Assembly (NCBI GenBank): GCA_965223905.1
Contig: CBDCXV010000011.1
Coordinates: forward strand, 416,001 to 480,000
Reading direction: 5' to 3'
Length of the DNA stretch: 64,000 nt
DNA from: Candidatus Latescibacterota bacterium
GTDB lineage: Bacteria > Latescibacterota > UBA2968 > UBA8231
Shown: positions 29,323 through 39,564 of the stretch, piece after piece
Layout: every line of letters begins with the position of its first letter
How positions within the stretch are numbered: position 1 is the first letter of the stretch
Program-made: the position numbers and the translations under genes
The notes under the pieces: model-generated
Told to the model about the DNA's origin: nothing
The model's database searches: none
The model's input: only the letters and a program-made list of their open reading frames with translations

Positions 29323-30457
29323 GGAAGGCGTCCCGCATGCGGTCGAAAAAACCTCTGCCTTCCCTGGCCGCACGATCCTTGTCGAGGCGATCGAGCTCCT
29401 CGAAAAGACGGCGCTCCTTCGCGCTCAGGTGGGTGGGGGTCCAGACCGCGATCTCGACCAGCTGGTCGCCGACGCCGCGACCGTCGACATCGGGAATCCC
29501 CTTGCCGCGCAGTCTCAGCACGTGACCCGACTGGGTCCCTTCCGGGATGGGCATCCTGACCTTGCCGACCAGAGTCGGCACCTGGGCGTTGTCCCCGAGG
29601 GCGGCCTGGCTGATGGTGATCGGCAGGCGGTAGAGCACATCGTTTCCCTCCCGCACGAAGTCCGGGTGCGGCTGCTCCTCGATGAAGACCTGACAATCGC
29701 CTGCCGGGCCGCCGCGACGGCCCGCGTCTCCCTCCCCCCGCAACGGGATGTAGTTGCCGCGACTGACACCGGCCGGAATCCTGACCGTAAGGGTGGCCCT
29801 GTCCCTTACGGTTCCCTCGCCGCGGCACTCGCGGCAGGGATCGGCAATGACCTTCCCCTCACCCTGGCAGGTGGGGCACGCTGTCACCGTCACAGACTGT
29901 CCGAAGAAGGAGCGCGAGACCTGCTGCACCTTGCCTACCCCGCCGCAGGTTTCACAACGGCGAGGCGAGGATCCGGAGGCGGCGCCCGAACCACCGCATT
30001 CGCCGCACCGCCCCTGGCGGTTGAGGTGAATTTTCTTCTCGACCCCGATAGCGATCTCTTCGAGAGTGAGCTCGACGGCGACCTTGAGATCCCGCCCTTT
30101 CGGCGGCCCGGACGGACCTCGCTGCCGGCGGCTGCTGCCGAAGATGTCGCCGAAGAGATCCCCGAACAGGTCCTCGAAATCAGAAGCATGCGTGAAGTCC
30201 GACCACTGGAAACCGCCTGAGCCGAAGTTGCTTTCGATCCCGGCATGGCCGTAGCGGTCGTAGGCCGATTTCTTCTCCGGGTCGCTCAGGACCTCGTAGG
30301 CTTCGGAGGCCTCCTTGAATTTCGCCTCCGCTTCGCTGTCCCCCTGATTGCGGTCGGGGTGGTATTTGAGGGCCTGCTTGCGGTAGGCGCTCTTGATGTC
30401 GGCGTCCGAAGCCTCTGGCTGAATTCCGAGAACTTCGTAGTAATCGCGTTTCGCCAT
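29315..30457 (-). CDS. dnaJ: Chaperone DnaJ
   Basis: J domain with HPD, G/F region, four CxxCxGxG repeats. Confidence 0.97.
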   Translation of the reverse strand: MAKRDYYEVLGIQPEASDADIKSAYRKQALKYHPDRNQGDSEAEAKFKEASEAYEVLSDPEKKSAYDRYGHAGIESNFGSGGFQWSDFTHASDFEDLFGDLFGDIFGSSRRQRGPSGPPKGRDLKVAVELTLEEIAIGVEKKIHLNRQGRCGECGGSGAASGSSPRRCETCGGVGKVQQVSRSFFGQSVTVTACPTCQGEGKVIADPCRECRGEGTVRDRATLTVRIPAGVSRGNYIPLRGEGDAGRRGGPAGDCQVFIEEQPHPDFVREGNDVLYRLPITISQAALGDNAQVPTLVGKVRMPIPEGTQSGHVLRLRGKGIPDVDGRGVGDQLVEIAVWTPTHLSAKERRLFEELDRLDKDRAAREGRGFFDRMRDAFRG

Positions 30458-30481
30458 CAGACCCGCCCTCCATGGCGGCCC

Positions 30482-31234
30482 TTATTTCTCGCCGCTCTCT
30501 TCACTTTCCCCCTTTTTCGCGGGAGCCTTGCCGACGACTACGCGCGCCGGCCGCAAGACCTTCTCCCTCAGCCGGTACCCCTTTTCCATCTCCTCCAGGA
30601 CCGTGCCGGGCTCGCAGTCGGCGCTCTCCACCTCCAGCATGGCCTCGTGGAGGTTGGGGTCGAAGGGTTTCCCCGCGGCCTCGATCTCCTCGAGACCGTA
30701 GCCGTTCAGGATCGTCTGAAACTGGGACAGGATGAGCTCTACACCCTGTTTCAGGGACTGGGCTTCGGCGGCTTCCTGAGCGAGGGCCCGCCTCATGTTG
30801 TCCATCAGGGGAGCGATCTGGAGGAGAAGGTCGCGCAGGGTTTCCTCGCGCGACTCCGCCCGCATGCGAACCGCCCGCTTGCGGAAATTGTCCAGCTCTG
30901 CCGCGGCCCTCAGGTAGCGGTCGTAGTTGTCGGCGGCTTCGGCGCGGGCTTTTTCCAGCTCAACGAGGGACTCGTCATCCGGCGTGGTCTCCTCTTCTTC
31001 TGCCGGGGCATCCTCTTCGCTGCCGCGGTCCTGCCGTTCGGTCAGGTCTTCGGGACCGGCGCGGTCTCCGGGACCTGCTCCATCCCCGAGATCGGTCGAC
31101 GCGGTCTCAGACAAATCGGGGGTGTCACCGGTCGACGGCGACTCCCGGGCGGCCGAACCACCCTCCGCCCGGGTCTCCTGCTCGCTGCCGTCGCTGTCGG
31201 ATGGCGAGGTCTCCTCGCTGGTGAATCTGTTCAT
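30482..31234 (-). CDS. grpE: Nucleotide exchange factor GrpE
   Basis: AELDNFRKR, FDPNLHEA, GYRLREKVLRPARV. Confidence 0.95.
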   Translation of the reverse strand: MNRFTSEETSPSDSDGSEQETRAEGGSAARESPSTGDTPDLSETASTDLGDGAGPGDRAGPEDLTERQDRGSEEDAPAEEEETTPDDESLVELEKARAEAADNYDRYLRAAAELDNFRKRAVRMRAESREETLRDLLLQIAPLMDNMRRALAQEAAEAQSLKQGVELILSQFQTILNGYGLEEIEAAGKPFDPNLHEAMLEVESADCEPGTVLEEMEKGYRLREKVLRPARVVVGKAPAKKGESEESGEK

Positions 31235-31331
31235 GGCGCCTGTCTGTTACTATGCCTGTGATAGGAAAGTGCTGTCGTCGGCCCGGTCGCACCGGCCGGT
31301 TTGTTTGTAAAAGGAAGGCACTGCCCGAACG

Positions 31332-32438
31332 TCAACCGACGAAGTCAGCGGTGCGGGAAGCGGTGTAGTTCAGCAGGGCTACGAGGCGCTTGTAGGGCAT
31401 TCGCGTCGGCCCGATTATTCCCAGCACGCCAACGGCGTCCTGCGTGGTGTAGCTGGCCGTTACGACGCTGCACTGGCGCATCTCCATGGGCTCGTTCTCC
31501 TCGCCTATCGTCACCACCACGCCCTCGCGGCCAGCAAGCAGGTCGGCGAGCACTTCCTTGCGCTCCAGCAGGTCCACCAGCCCGGCGACTTCGGACGAAT
31601 CGCTGAACTCCGGCTGTTCGAAAATGTGGCGCGCCCCGGCTACGAACAGGCCGTGGCCGGGCGGCGCCAGCAGCGATTCGATTTCGTCCAGCACGACCCG
31701 CAGGAGTTGCGGGTGTGAGGTCCTCATGCCGCCCAGCCGCTCTCTGGCAGTCGACCTGATCTCGCTCATCGTGAGACCGGCGAGACGCTCGTTGAGCAGT
31801 TGCCTGACGGCATTCATATCGGACTCCGAGACCTCGGAGTCGACCTCGATAACCAGGCTCTGCACCGGTCCGCGGCCCAAGACGGCCACCAGCAGCAGCT
31901 GCTGCGAGGTCAGCCGCACCAGCTCCAGACCCTGGAAAACCGCCTGTTCGAACCGGGGTGCCAGCGCCAGTCCGAGTTGGTTGGAAACGTCCCCCAGGAT
32001 GGCGGCGAGCTGTCCGTGGATCTCGTCGGCGCGAACCTGCTGGAACACCTCTTCGAGATTGCTGCGCAGGGACTCGAACTCCTCTGCTGTCAGATCCAGT
32101 TTCTGCGTCTGTCCCTCGTCGACGAAGAAGCGGTAGCCCTCGTCCGTAGGGAGCCTTCCCGCTGAGGTGTGCGGTTGCCGAACGAACCCCTTGCGCTCCA
32201 GGCTCGACAGCGTCTTGCGCATGGTCGCCGGACTGAACTCGAAGCCCTCGCGCCGCAGGATGGTTCTCGACCCGACCGGGGTACGCAAATCGACATAGGC
32301 CCTGACGAGGGCCTCGAGGACGAGGCGCTCCCGTTTGGTCAGAGATTCGGAAAGCAAGTCCGGCGACCTCCGAAATGTGTTTGGAAATGTGTCGAGCGGC
32401 GGTATTTCCGGGGCGGCGCCCGATGGGCTGCGTACCAC
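31332..32438 (-). CDS. hrcA: Heat-inducible transcription repressor
   Basis: PVGSR, SPATMR, QPHTSAGRLPT..GYRFFVD, GIIGPTRMPY. Confidence 0.95.
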   Translation of the reverse strand: MVRSPSGAAPEIPPLDTFPNTFRRSPDLLSESLTKRERLVLEALVRAYVDLRTPVGSRTILRREGFEFSPATMRKTLSSLERKGFVRQPHTSAGRLPTDEGYRFFVDEGQTQKLDLTAEEFESLRSNLEEVFQQVRADEIHGQLAAILGDVSNQLGLALAPRFEQAVFQGLELVRLTSQQLLLVAVLGRGPVQSLVIEVDSEVSESDMNAVRQLLNERLAGLTMSEIRSTARERLGGMRTSHPQLLRVVLDEIESLLAPPGHGLFVAGARHIFEQPEFSDSSEVAGLVDLLERKEVLADLLAGREGVVVTIGEENEPMEMRQCSVVTASYTTQDAVGVLGIIGPTRMPYKRLVALLNYTASRTADFVG

Positions 32439-32479
32439 CTAAATGCGAGAATAAACACCCCCTTCCGCGCCATCGCGAG

Positions 32480-32507
32480 AAAGTACTGTCGCTACAGGGC
32501 ATGTCAA
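32480..32507 (-). promoter_or_regulatory. Putative sigma70-type promoter of the hrcA operon
   Basis: TTGACA-16 nt-TACTTT. Confidence 0.5.
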
Positions 32508-32746
32508 GAGTTCGCCACGACCCGAAAGGGAGCGCCGCCCCTGGGCTTCCCGGGCCCTGATTCCGTCCTCGAGCCGGCCTCGGCATCGCTGTGACCGCGT
32601 TTGCGGCTGCCATGCCATCGGAACCGGAAACCCTGGTTGGAACCGGTCCGCAACTGACATAGTTTCCCATCCATGCAGCCCGTCCTCCCGGTCCGTGGGC
32701 GAAACGACAATAGCGCCTCGGGCCGCGGCTTCCCCAGCAATCGTCT

Positions 32747-33379
32747 ATGAGATACACTGCCATTCCGTTCCCCATCCTGCTTTCCCTCCTCCTGTGCTCC
32801 CCTGTGCGAACCGAAGCGGAAACCGCTTCGAAGGGGCGGATGGCCGAAACCGACGCCGGCATGATCGAGCTGGCCGGGTTCTCCATCGACAGGTTCGAGT
32901 TCCCCAATATCGAAGGAGTGCTTCCGACCGTCGGGGTCAGCTGGCACGAAGCCCTGGAACTTTGCAGATCGCGGGGCAAGCGGCTCTGTTCGGAGCGGGA
33001 GTGGGGGATCGCCTGCCGGGGGCCGGAAAACTTCCGGTTCGGATACGGCGACGAATACGAACCCCGGCGCTGCAACGTCCCCTTTTTCCATGACGGGCGC
33101 TGGATTCGCAGCGGACCTGCGGCCAGCGGCCTCCACCCCGAATGCATCTCCCCTCACGGCGTACAGGACATGATCGGCAATGTCTGGGAGTGGACGGACG
33201 GCTGGTACGACGCGGACAGGCGGTGGCGGGTGGTGCGCGGAGGCTCCTGGTTCAACAGCGTCAACTTCGCCCGCGTCGATGGCCGTTACGGCCTGCGCCT
33301 AACCCCCGATTACCGGCTCGACCTGATCGGCTTCCGCTGTTGCCGGTCAGCCCCGGAGACACCCCCAGGGAATCAGTGA
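32747..33379 (+). CDS. Exported FGE-sulfatase (SUMF1/EgtB/PvdO-like) domain protein
   Basis: Signal peptide, VSWHEA..C...GKRLCSEREW, DMIGNVWEW, RGGSW, GFRCC. Confidence 0.85.
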   Translation: MRYTAIPFPILLSLLLCSPVRTEAETASKGRMAETDAGMIELAGFSIDRFEFPNIEGVLPTVGVSWHEALELCRSRGKRLCSEREWGIACRGPENFRFGYGDEYEPRRCNVPFFHDGRWIRSGPAASGLHPECISPHGVQDMIGNVWEWTDGWYDADRRWRVVRGGSWFNSVNFARVDGRYGLRLTPDYRLDLIGFRCCRSAPETPPGNQ

Positions 33380-33500
33380 CCCGGAAAGGCCGGCCGAGCC
33401 CTGTTCGGCGCGGGCTCCGTTTTTCCGCCGCGTTGTTACCGGCGCTGATGGCATAGGCCGTGGCTCCGGCACCCCGGTCCCCGAGCGAGGACGCCTACTG

Positions 33501-34616
33501 CTATGCAAGGGTGTCGTAGATCGACTCCAACGCTCGCGTCTGGCGGCTGGCGTTGTACTGGTTCTCGACGTGGGCGCGGCCCGCTCGTCCCATCGCCGGC
33601 CACCGCGAGGGATTCTCGAGCAGGGCCACCAGCCTGTCCGCCAGGCCTTCGACATCCCCTTCCCCGGCGAGCAGACCGCTGGTTTCATCGACGACGTACT
33701 CGGGAATATCGGCGTGACGGGTCGCCACCACCGGCATCCCCGCGGCCTGCGCCTCGAGCAGAATCACCGGGGCACCTCCCTCCCCGTCCCCATCCGCCGC
33801 GGTCCTGCTCGGCTGGAGCAGGATGTGACAGCGGCCCAGCTCTTCGAGGAGTCGCGAATAAGGGAGGAACCCCAGGCGCTCGGTGCACCGCCCGATTCCC
33901 GTCGCCGCCAGCGCTTCCTCGACCGCAGGCCGCTCCGGACCGTCCCCGACCAGCACGAGCCGGACGTCGGCCCCGGAGCGCTCGCGGGCGCGCGCGAGCG
34001 CTCTGATCCCGTCGGGGATCCCCTTCTTTTCCCGAAACGAGGCGCAGATCAGAACGCGGGTCTGCTCCCCGGCAGCCTGTGGATCGAACGGTATGCGGGC
34101 GAGATCGACTCCGAGATGGTGGACGGCGACCTTTTCTTCCGGGCACCCGATGCGGCCCAACTGCGCGGCCATGGAGCTCCCCTCCGCGAGAAACAGCTCT
34201 CCCTCGTGGAACAGGCGCTGAAATAGCGCCCGCCATTTCGGATTGCGGGCCGCCTGTGTGGCGTCGGCGCCGTAAAACGACGTCACCATCGGCAGGGCGG
34301 AACGGCGCCTGGCCCCCAGGCAGCGAACCCCCTGGAAGCCGTGGTGCGCGTGAATGAGATCGGCTTGGTGCGCCCGCAGCACTCCCTGGTAAAATGGGTA
34401 CTGTCCGGTAATGCGGCGTATCAGGCGGTTGGCAGCCGACTTTACAAACCCGAACGACTCGGCGGTGAAGACCGCCGCGACAGGGTACTGCTCGAGGTTC
34501 CTGGCCTCCTGGGTGAGGGCGACCGCCCGGTACGACTGCAGCGAGGCCAGCTGGCTGTAGATCCAGGAGCCGGTCTCGGGAAGAAAGGGAGTGGCGCAGT
34601 GGGCTACGGTCTTCAT
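33501..34616 (-). CDS. Glycosyltransferase family 4 (WcaL-like)
   Basis: IHAHHG, EKKG, EGGAPVILLEAQAAGMPVVATRHADIPE. Confidence 0.88.
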   Translation of the reverse strand: MKTVAHCATPFLPETGSWIYSQLASLQSYRAVALTQEARNLEQYPVAAVFTAESFGFVKSAANRLIRRITGQYPFYQGVLRAHQADLIHAHHGFQGVRCLGARRRSALPMVTSFYGADATQAARNPKWRALFQRLFHEGELFLAEGSSMAAQLGRIGCPEEKVAVHHLGVDLARIPFDPQAAGEQTRVLICASFREKKGIPDGIRALARARERSGADVRLVLVGDGPERPAVEEALAATGIGRCTERLGFLPYSRLLEELGRCHILLQPSRTAADGDGEGGAPVILLEAQAAGMPVVATRHADIPEYVVDETSGLLAGEGDVEGLADRLVALLENPSRWPAMGRAGRAHVENQYNASRQTRALESIYDTLA

Positions 34617-34793
34617 CGCAGGTTCTTCATCCGGGAGCTGCCGCTATACTGCCAACTGATTCCCCGCCCGGCAAGGAGCGCGGGCAGGGTGCCACCCTTC
34701 CCCTAGGGAGCCCGTTGATCGCCGCGGCCGGGCGATCCTACATTCCGACCCTGCCTTCGGAGATTTCCCCGAAACCTGGTTATAAATGCATCC

Positions 34794-35480
34794 ATGTCTA
34801 AGCAGCTCAAGCAACTCGCAGGAAGAAAAGCGGTCGAGCAGGTCCACGACGGAATGGTCGTCGGCCTCGGCTCCGGATCGACCGCGGAATACGCCATCCG
34901 TGCCCTCGGCGAACGCTGCGCTGCCGAGGGATTCAACATTTGCTGCGTGCCGACGTCGGAGGCATCCGGACGCCTCGGCCGGGAGGTTGGCCTGAAGATA
35001 ACGAGCCTCGAGGAAAAGCCGGCTATCGACTTGACGATCGACGGCGCTGACGAGGTCGACCCCGACCTCAACCTCGTCAAGGGCCTCGGCGGCGCCCTTC
35101 TTCGCGAAAAGATCGTCGCCGCGGCGAGCACCAGGGAAATCATCATCGTCGACCCGTCGAAACTGGTCGACCGCCTCGGAACAAGAAGCCCGCTGCCGGT
35201 GGAAGTCCTCCCCTTCGCCTGGGCGCTCGCCCGCACCAGGTTGATGGAATTCGCCAGCTCCGCCTTGATGCGCCGCAACACCGGTGGAGGCGAATACCTG
35301 ACCGACAACGGCAACTACATTCTGGACTGCAGCTTCGAGGAAGGGATCGGGAATGCCGCGGCTGTCGAGGAGGACATCAACCGGATCCCTGGAGTGGTGG
35401 AGAACGGCCTCTTCGTCGGCCTCGCTGACCTAGTCATCGTCGCGCAGGAGGATGGGACCTGTCGCGAATTGAAGTCCTGA
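34794..35480 (+). CDS. rpiA: Ribose-5-phosphate isomerase A
   Basis: GLGSGST, DGADEVD, KGLGGALLREK, TDNGN, PGVVENGLF. Confidence 0.96.
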   Translation: MSKQLKQLAGRKAVEQVHDGMVVGLGSGSTAEYAIRALGERCAAEGFNICCVPTSEASGRLGREVGLKITSLEEKPAIDLTIDGADEVDPDLNLVKGLGGALLREKIVAAASTREIIIVDPSKLVDRLGTRSPLPVEVLPFAWALARTRLMEFASSALMRRNTGGGEYLTDNGNYILDCSFEEGIGNAAAVEEDINRIPGVVENGLFVGLADLVIVAQEDGTCRELKS

Positions 35481-35573
35481 GCTCGAGGTCCCAAGGACCT
35501 TCCCGCGCAGACCAGGTAACCCCTGAAACGCATTGTGCTCAGGGGCTTCCTGTCATCGAGATCTATTCCTGAG

Positions 35574-35613
35574 CCGGGCCGGGATTGTTCCGTCCTGGCC
35601 CGGGTAGCTTTTT
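35574..35613 (+). terminator. Possible intrinsic terminator between convergent rpiA and the DUF2231-like gene
   Basis: Stem CCGGGCCGGGA/TCCTGGCCCGG, followed after 5 nt by TTTTT. Confidence 0.4.
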
Positions 35614-35684
35614 AAAATAACCACCGCGTCCGCAGCGGAACCCCGATCCAAACCGCCCGGCTTGGAAATCGGAGATCCCCTCCC

Positions 35685-36191
35685 TCACCGACTGACTTCG
35701 ACACCTGCCGGACCGGTGCCTCTGGCCTCCTCCAGTGGTTGCCTCAGGGTGCCGGAACCGGCTCCCTGTCGCTGCACCCCTACTCCGTGGCGATAAACGA
35801 GCTCACCGCCGTACAGACTGGCCGTGTACAGGACACCGCAGCCGGCAAGAGCGGCGATTACCAGGCACCGCAGGGCCCGGCCCTGGGTCCGTCCCCGCAG
35901 CTGCAGCGGCAGGCGTCCGAGGAGGATTGCCAGAAACAGGATGAAAGCGGCAGATCCCCAGTCGTCGTGGCGCTGCACCAGCTCGCTTACCGCCTCATCG
36001 TCTCGGTACGGCAGGGCCGCCTGGTTCCCGGTGATCACCGCTGCGGCCGCGGCTGCGGTTCCGAGCAGAAGCAGTGCGTATCCCGTCGTGTGCCAGGCCG
36101 GTCGCCGCCAGAAAACCGCGGCCAGGTCGACAAGGACGCCGACCGGAAGCAGGGCGATCGCGTAGTGGACGATCCAGGGGTGCCAGCTCAT
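35685..36191 (-). CDS. DUF2231-like membrane protein
   Basis: HP.IVH.AIAL start, four TM helices, GGELVYRHGVGV end. Confidence 0.75.
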   Translation of the reverse strand: MSWHPWIVHYAIALLPVGVLVDLAAVFWRRPAWHTTGYALLLLGTAAAAAAVITGNQAALPYRDDEAVSELVQRHDDWGSAAFILFLAILLGRLPLQLRGRTQGRALRCLVIAALAGCGVLYTASLYGGELVYRHGVGVQRQGAGSGTLRQPLEEARGTGPAGVEVSR

Positions 36192-36242
36192 GGCCAGGTA
36201 CGTTACCCGGCGCCCGCTGGAGAGGCAAGCAGGGCAGGTCGG

Positions 36243-36272
36243 TTGACACCCGCGCGGGCAGGTCAGTATGCT
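36243..36272 (+). promoter_or_regulatory. sigma70-type promoter of the amidohydrolase gene
   Basis: TTGACA-18 nt-TATGCT, with GGGCAGGTC repeated at 36232 and 36256. Confidence 0.55.
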
Positions 36273-36307
36273 CCGGGATTATGCCATCTCGTAACCTGGA
36301 GCCTACC

Positions 36308-37615
36308 ATGGCTACTGACCTGCAGCAGCACATCGATCGGACCGCTATCTGCGATACCCACGAACACCTGAAAAAGGAGGCGGACTGGGTCGACCAGGGT
36401 CCTGCGGACGTTCTCGTCGACCTCTTCACCAACTACGTTCCCGCGGACCTGCACACTGCCGGAGCCTCTCGCGAGGCGCTGCAGCGATTGACCGATGCGG
36501 GGGACCCGGACCTCGGGGCGCGCTTCGACGGCATCCGCGACGCCTGGGAGGCGATTCGTTTCACCGGGTACGGGGAGGCGGTGCGGATACTGGGGGAGGA
36601 GCTCTACGGCCTCAGGGACTGGTCGGCCGCGGAGTTCGAGCGGGCGCAGGCGCGATTGATGGAGTGGCGCCGGCCCGGGGGGCGCTACCGCCTGTTGACC
36701 GAGGTCGCCAACCTCGACCACACCCAGACCGACGACGGCTGCTGGCCCTGCCTGCCGGACGCCTCCGGACCGGAGTTCTTCTTCTACGACATCAGCTGGG
36801 CGGCGTTCTGCCGCGGCGACGTCGACCCCGAGGCGGTCGAGCGGGAAACTGGCGTTGCCGTTACCGATACGGCCACCCTGAGCCAGGCCATGGGGGCCAT
36901 CTTCGACAAGTACGCCGCCTGCGCCATCGCGGTGAAGGCGCAGCACGCGTACAGCCGCACCCTCGCCTGGCGGGAACGCAGCGAGGCCGAGGCAGCCCCG
37001 GTTCTCGAGCGCGCCCTGGGCGGCGAGTCGCTGGCGCCGGAAACGCGCAACGTCCTCGGCGACTGGTGCTGGGCGCGGGGCTGCGAGCTCGCCGCGGAGC
37101 ACAACCTCCCCTTCAAGCTCCACACCGGGTACTACGCCGGCAACGACCGCATGCCGGTCGATTTCATCAAGGGGGGCAACCTCTGCGCCCTGCTGGCGAG
37201 GTACCCGGAATGCCGCTTCGTCCTGATGCACATCGCCTACCCGTATTGCGACGAGCTCGTCGCCCTGACAAAGCATTACCGCAACGTGTATGCCGATCTC
37301 TGCTGGGCCTGGTCGATCGACCCGTACAGCTCCGGGGATTTCGTGCGCCGCTTCCTTCACGCCGCCCCGGTCAACAAGCTGTTCGCCTTCGGCGGCGACA
37401 CCGGCAATCCCACCAGCGCCACCGCCTACGCCATCCAGACGCGCCGCTGGCTGACGCGCACCCTGGAGGCCGAGGTCGCCGAGGGGCTGATGTCGGAAGC
37501 CGAGGCGATGGAGGTCGCCACCCGCCTGCTGCGCCGCAACCAGCTTGATTGCTTCGATCTGGAAAGGACCCGGGCGGCCTGCCGGGGAGCAGTCGAAGCC
37601 GCGGCAGCGGGGTGA
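36308..37615 (+). CDS. Amidohydrolase superfamily protein (Amidohydro_2-like)
   Basis: DTHEH, KLHTG, LMHIAYP, FGGD metal-ligand pattern. Confidence 0.82.
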   Translation: MATDLQQHIDRTAICDTHEHLKKEADWVDQGPADVLVDLFTNYVPADLHTAGASREALQRLTDAGDPDLGARFDGIRDAWEAIRFTGYGEAVRILGEELYGLRDWSAAEFERAQARLMEWRRPGGRYRLLTEVANLDHTQTDDGCWPCLPDASGPEFFFYDISWAAFCRGDVDPEAVERETGVAVTDTATLSQAMGAIFDKYAACAIAVKAQHAYSRTLAWRERSEAEAAPVLERALGGESLAPETRNVLGDWCWARGCELAAEHNLPFKLHTGYYAGNDRMPVDFIKGGNLCALLARYPECRFVLMHIAYPYCDELVALTKHYRNVYADLCWAWSIDPYSSGDFVRRFLHAAPVNKLFAFGGDTGNPTSATAYAIQTRRWLTRTLEAEVAEGLMSEAEAMEVATRLLRRNQLDCFDLERTRAACRGAVEAAAAG

Positions 37616-37854
37616 AGCAGGCCGGGCGGCCCGCCGCGGGCGGCCTGATATTCCGCATCTGCTCGAGGACGGACGGGACGCCGCGGTTTCGCTGAACTGT
37701 CCCCCAGGACCCTATCTTCTCCTTGAAATTCCTGCACTCGGGTCGCGCAGGTGTGGGCACTTCTCCCCTGTGAATCGGCTAGCCCCGAGCTAGTGCCTGC
37801 CCGATCCCGCCGAAAGCGGCCGAATTCATCCGAGAAAGGCATGGCAGAAGCGAC

Positions 37855-39525
37855 ATGACCGACATGAGACAGCACAGCAGAACCATCGTCGAGGGCCCCC
37901 ACCGGGCCGGCGCGCGGGCGATGTACAAGGCCGTGGGGTACGGCGACGAGGCGTTGTCGAAGCCACTGATCGGAATCGCCAATACCTGGACGGAGATCGG
38001 CCCCTGCAACTACCACCTGCGCCGCCTGGCGGAGTTCGTAAAAAAGGGGGTTCGCGAGGCGGGGGGAACGCCGCTGGAGTTCAACACCGTGACCGTCTCC
38101 GACGGCATCACCATGGGTACGGAGGGGATGAAGACCTCCCTCGTCAGCCGCGAGGTGATCGCCGACTCCATGGAGCTGGTCGCCCGCGGCCACATGCTCG
38201 ACGGGCTCGTCGCCATGACCGGGTGCGACAAGACGACTCCCGGCGCGGCGATGGCCCTGGGACGCCTGCAGATACCGTCGCTCGTGTTCTACGGCGGCAG
38301 CATCATGCCGGGGAAATTCGAGGGCCGCGACGTCACCATCCAGGACGTGTTCGAAGCCATGGGTGCCCACGCCAAGGGGCGCCTCGACGCCGCCGGCCTC
38401 AAGGGAATCGAGGACGCCGCCTGCCCAGGTGCGGGCGCCTGCGGAGGCCAGTTCACCGCCAACACCATGGCCACCGCGGTCGAGATGCTCGGCATCGCCG
38501 CCATGGGCAGCGGCTCGGTGCCGGCCACCGACCCGAACAAGCAGGAGGTCGCCGTGGAAATCGGACGCCTCGCCGTCGACCTCGTGCGCCGCGGGGTACG
38601 CCCCGGAGATATCGTCACCCGGGCTGCAGTCGAAAACGCCATCGCCGCCATCGCCACCACGGGGGGCTCGACCAACGGGGTGCTCCACATGCTTGCGATC
38701 GCGCGTGAATTCGGCATCGACCTCGAGCTCGACGATTTCCAGGAAATCAGCAGCGCCACCCCGCTCATGGTCAGCCTGAAACCGGGGGGCCTGTTCGTCG
38801 CCCCGGATCTCCACCGGGCCGGGGGCATCGCCCTGGTCGCCAGGCGGCTGCAGCAGGCCGGGGTGCTGCGCGAGCAGTGCCTGACGGTCACCGGACGCAC
38901 CATCGGCGAGGAGGCTGAAGCCGCCCGCGAAACCCCGGGGCAGGAGGTGGTCCGGCCGGTCGACAAGCCGATCAAGGCGAGCGGCGGCCTGGTGATCCTG
39001 CACGGCAACCTCGCTCCCGAAGGCTGCGTCGTTAAGCTGGCCGGGTACGAGCGCACCCGGCACGTGGGACCGGCCCGGGTGTTCGAGCGCGAGGAAGAGG
39101 TCCTGCCGGCGATCGAGAACGGCACCGTCTCCCAAGGGGACGTGGTCGTCATCCGCTACGAAGGGCCGGTCGGGGGGCCCGGCATGCGCGAAATGCTGCA
39201 CGTGACCGGCGCCATCATGGGAGCCGGCCTCGGAGACTCGGTGGCGCTGATAACCGACGGCCGCTTCTCCGGTGCGACCCGCGGCCTGATGCTCGGACAC
39301 GTCTCCCCGGAAGCGGCTCGCGGGGGTCCGCTTGCCGCGGTTCGGGACGGCGACGAGATCACCATCGACACCGAGGCCCAGCGTCTCGACGCCGCCCTCG
39401 ACGACGACGAGATCGCCGCGAGACTGCGGGACTGGAAGGCGCCGGAGCCGCGCTACCGGACCGGCGTCATGGCCAAGTACGCAAAGCTGGTCTCGTCCGC
39501 TTCCGAAGGGGCGGTCACAGGCTAG
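37855..39525 (+). CDS. ilvD: Dihydroxy-acid dehydratase
   Basis: [38 protein letters not shown]. Confidence 0.96.
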   Translation: MTDMRQHSRTIVEGPHRAGARAMYKAVGYGDEALSKPLIGIANTWTEIGPCNYHLRRLAEFVKKGVREAGGTPLEFNTVTVSDGITMGTEGMKTSLVSREVIADSMELVARGHMLDGLVAMTGCDKTTPGAAMALGRLQIPSLVFYGGSIMPGKFEGRDVTIQDVFEAMGAHAKGRLDAAGLKGIEDAACPGAGACGGQFTANTMATAVEMLGIAAMGSGSVPATDPNKQEVAVEIGRLAVDLVRRGVRPGDIVTRAAVENAIAAIATTGGSTNGVLHMLAIAREFGIDLELDDFQEISSATPLMVSLKPGGLFVAPDLHRAGGIALVARRLQQAGVLREQCLTVTGRTIGEEAEAARETPGQEVVRPVDKPIKASGGLVILHGNLAPEGCVVKLAGYERTRHVGPARVFEREEEVLPAIENGTVSQGDVVVIRYEGPVGGPGMREMLHVTGAIMGAGLGDSVALITDGRFSGATRGLMLGHVSPEAARGGPLAAVRDGDEITIDTEAQRLDAALDDDEIAARLRDWKAPEPRYRTGVMAKYAKLVSSASEGAVTG

Positions 39526-39564
39526 CTGGCGGGGGACGGCCGCACGCCAGTGGGTGCGTCTGCG

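Noticed and set aside
31250-31280. Possible CIRCE before grpE (AGCACT half-site on the minus strand)
   Set aside because: The second half-site GAGTGCTAA is absent at 9-nt spacing.
31345-33147. 600-aa minus-strand ORF
   Set aside because: Off-frame to hrcA and antisense to the FGE-domain gene; low-complexity composition.
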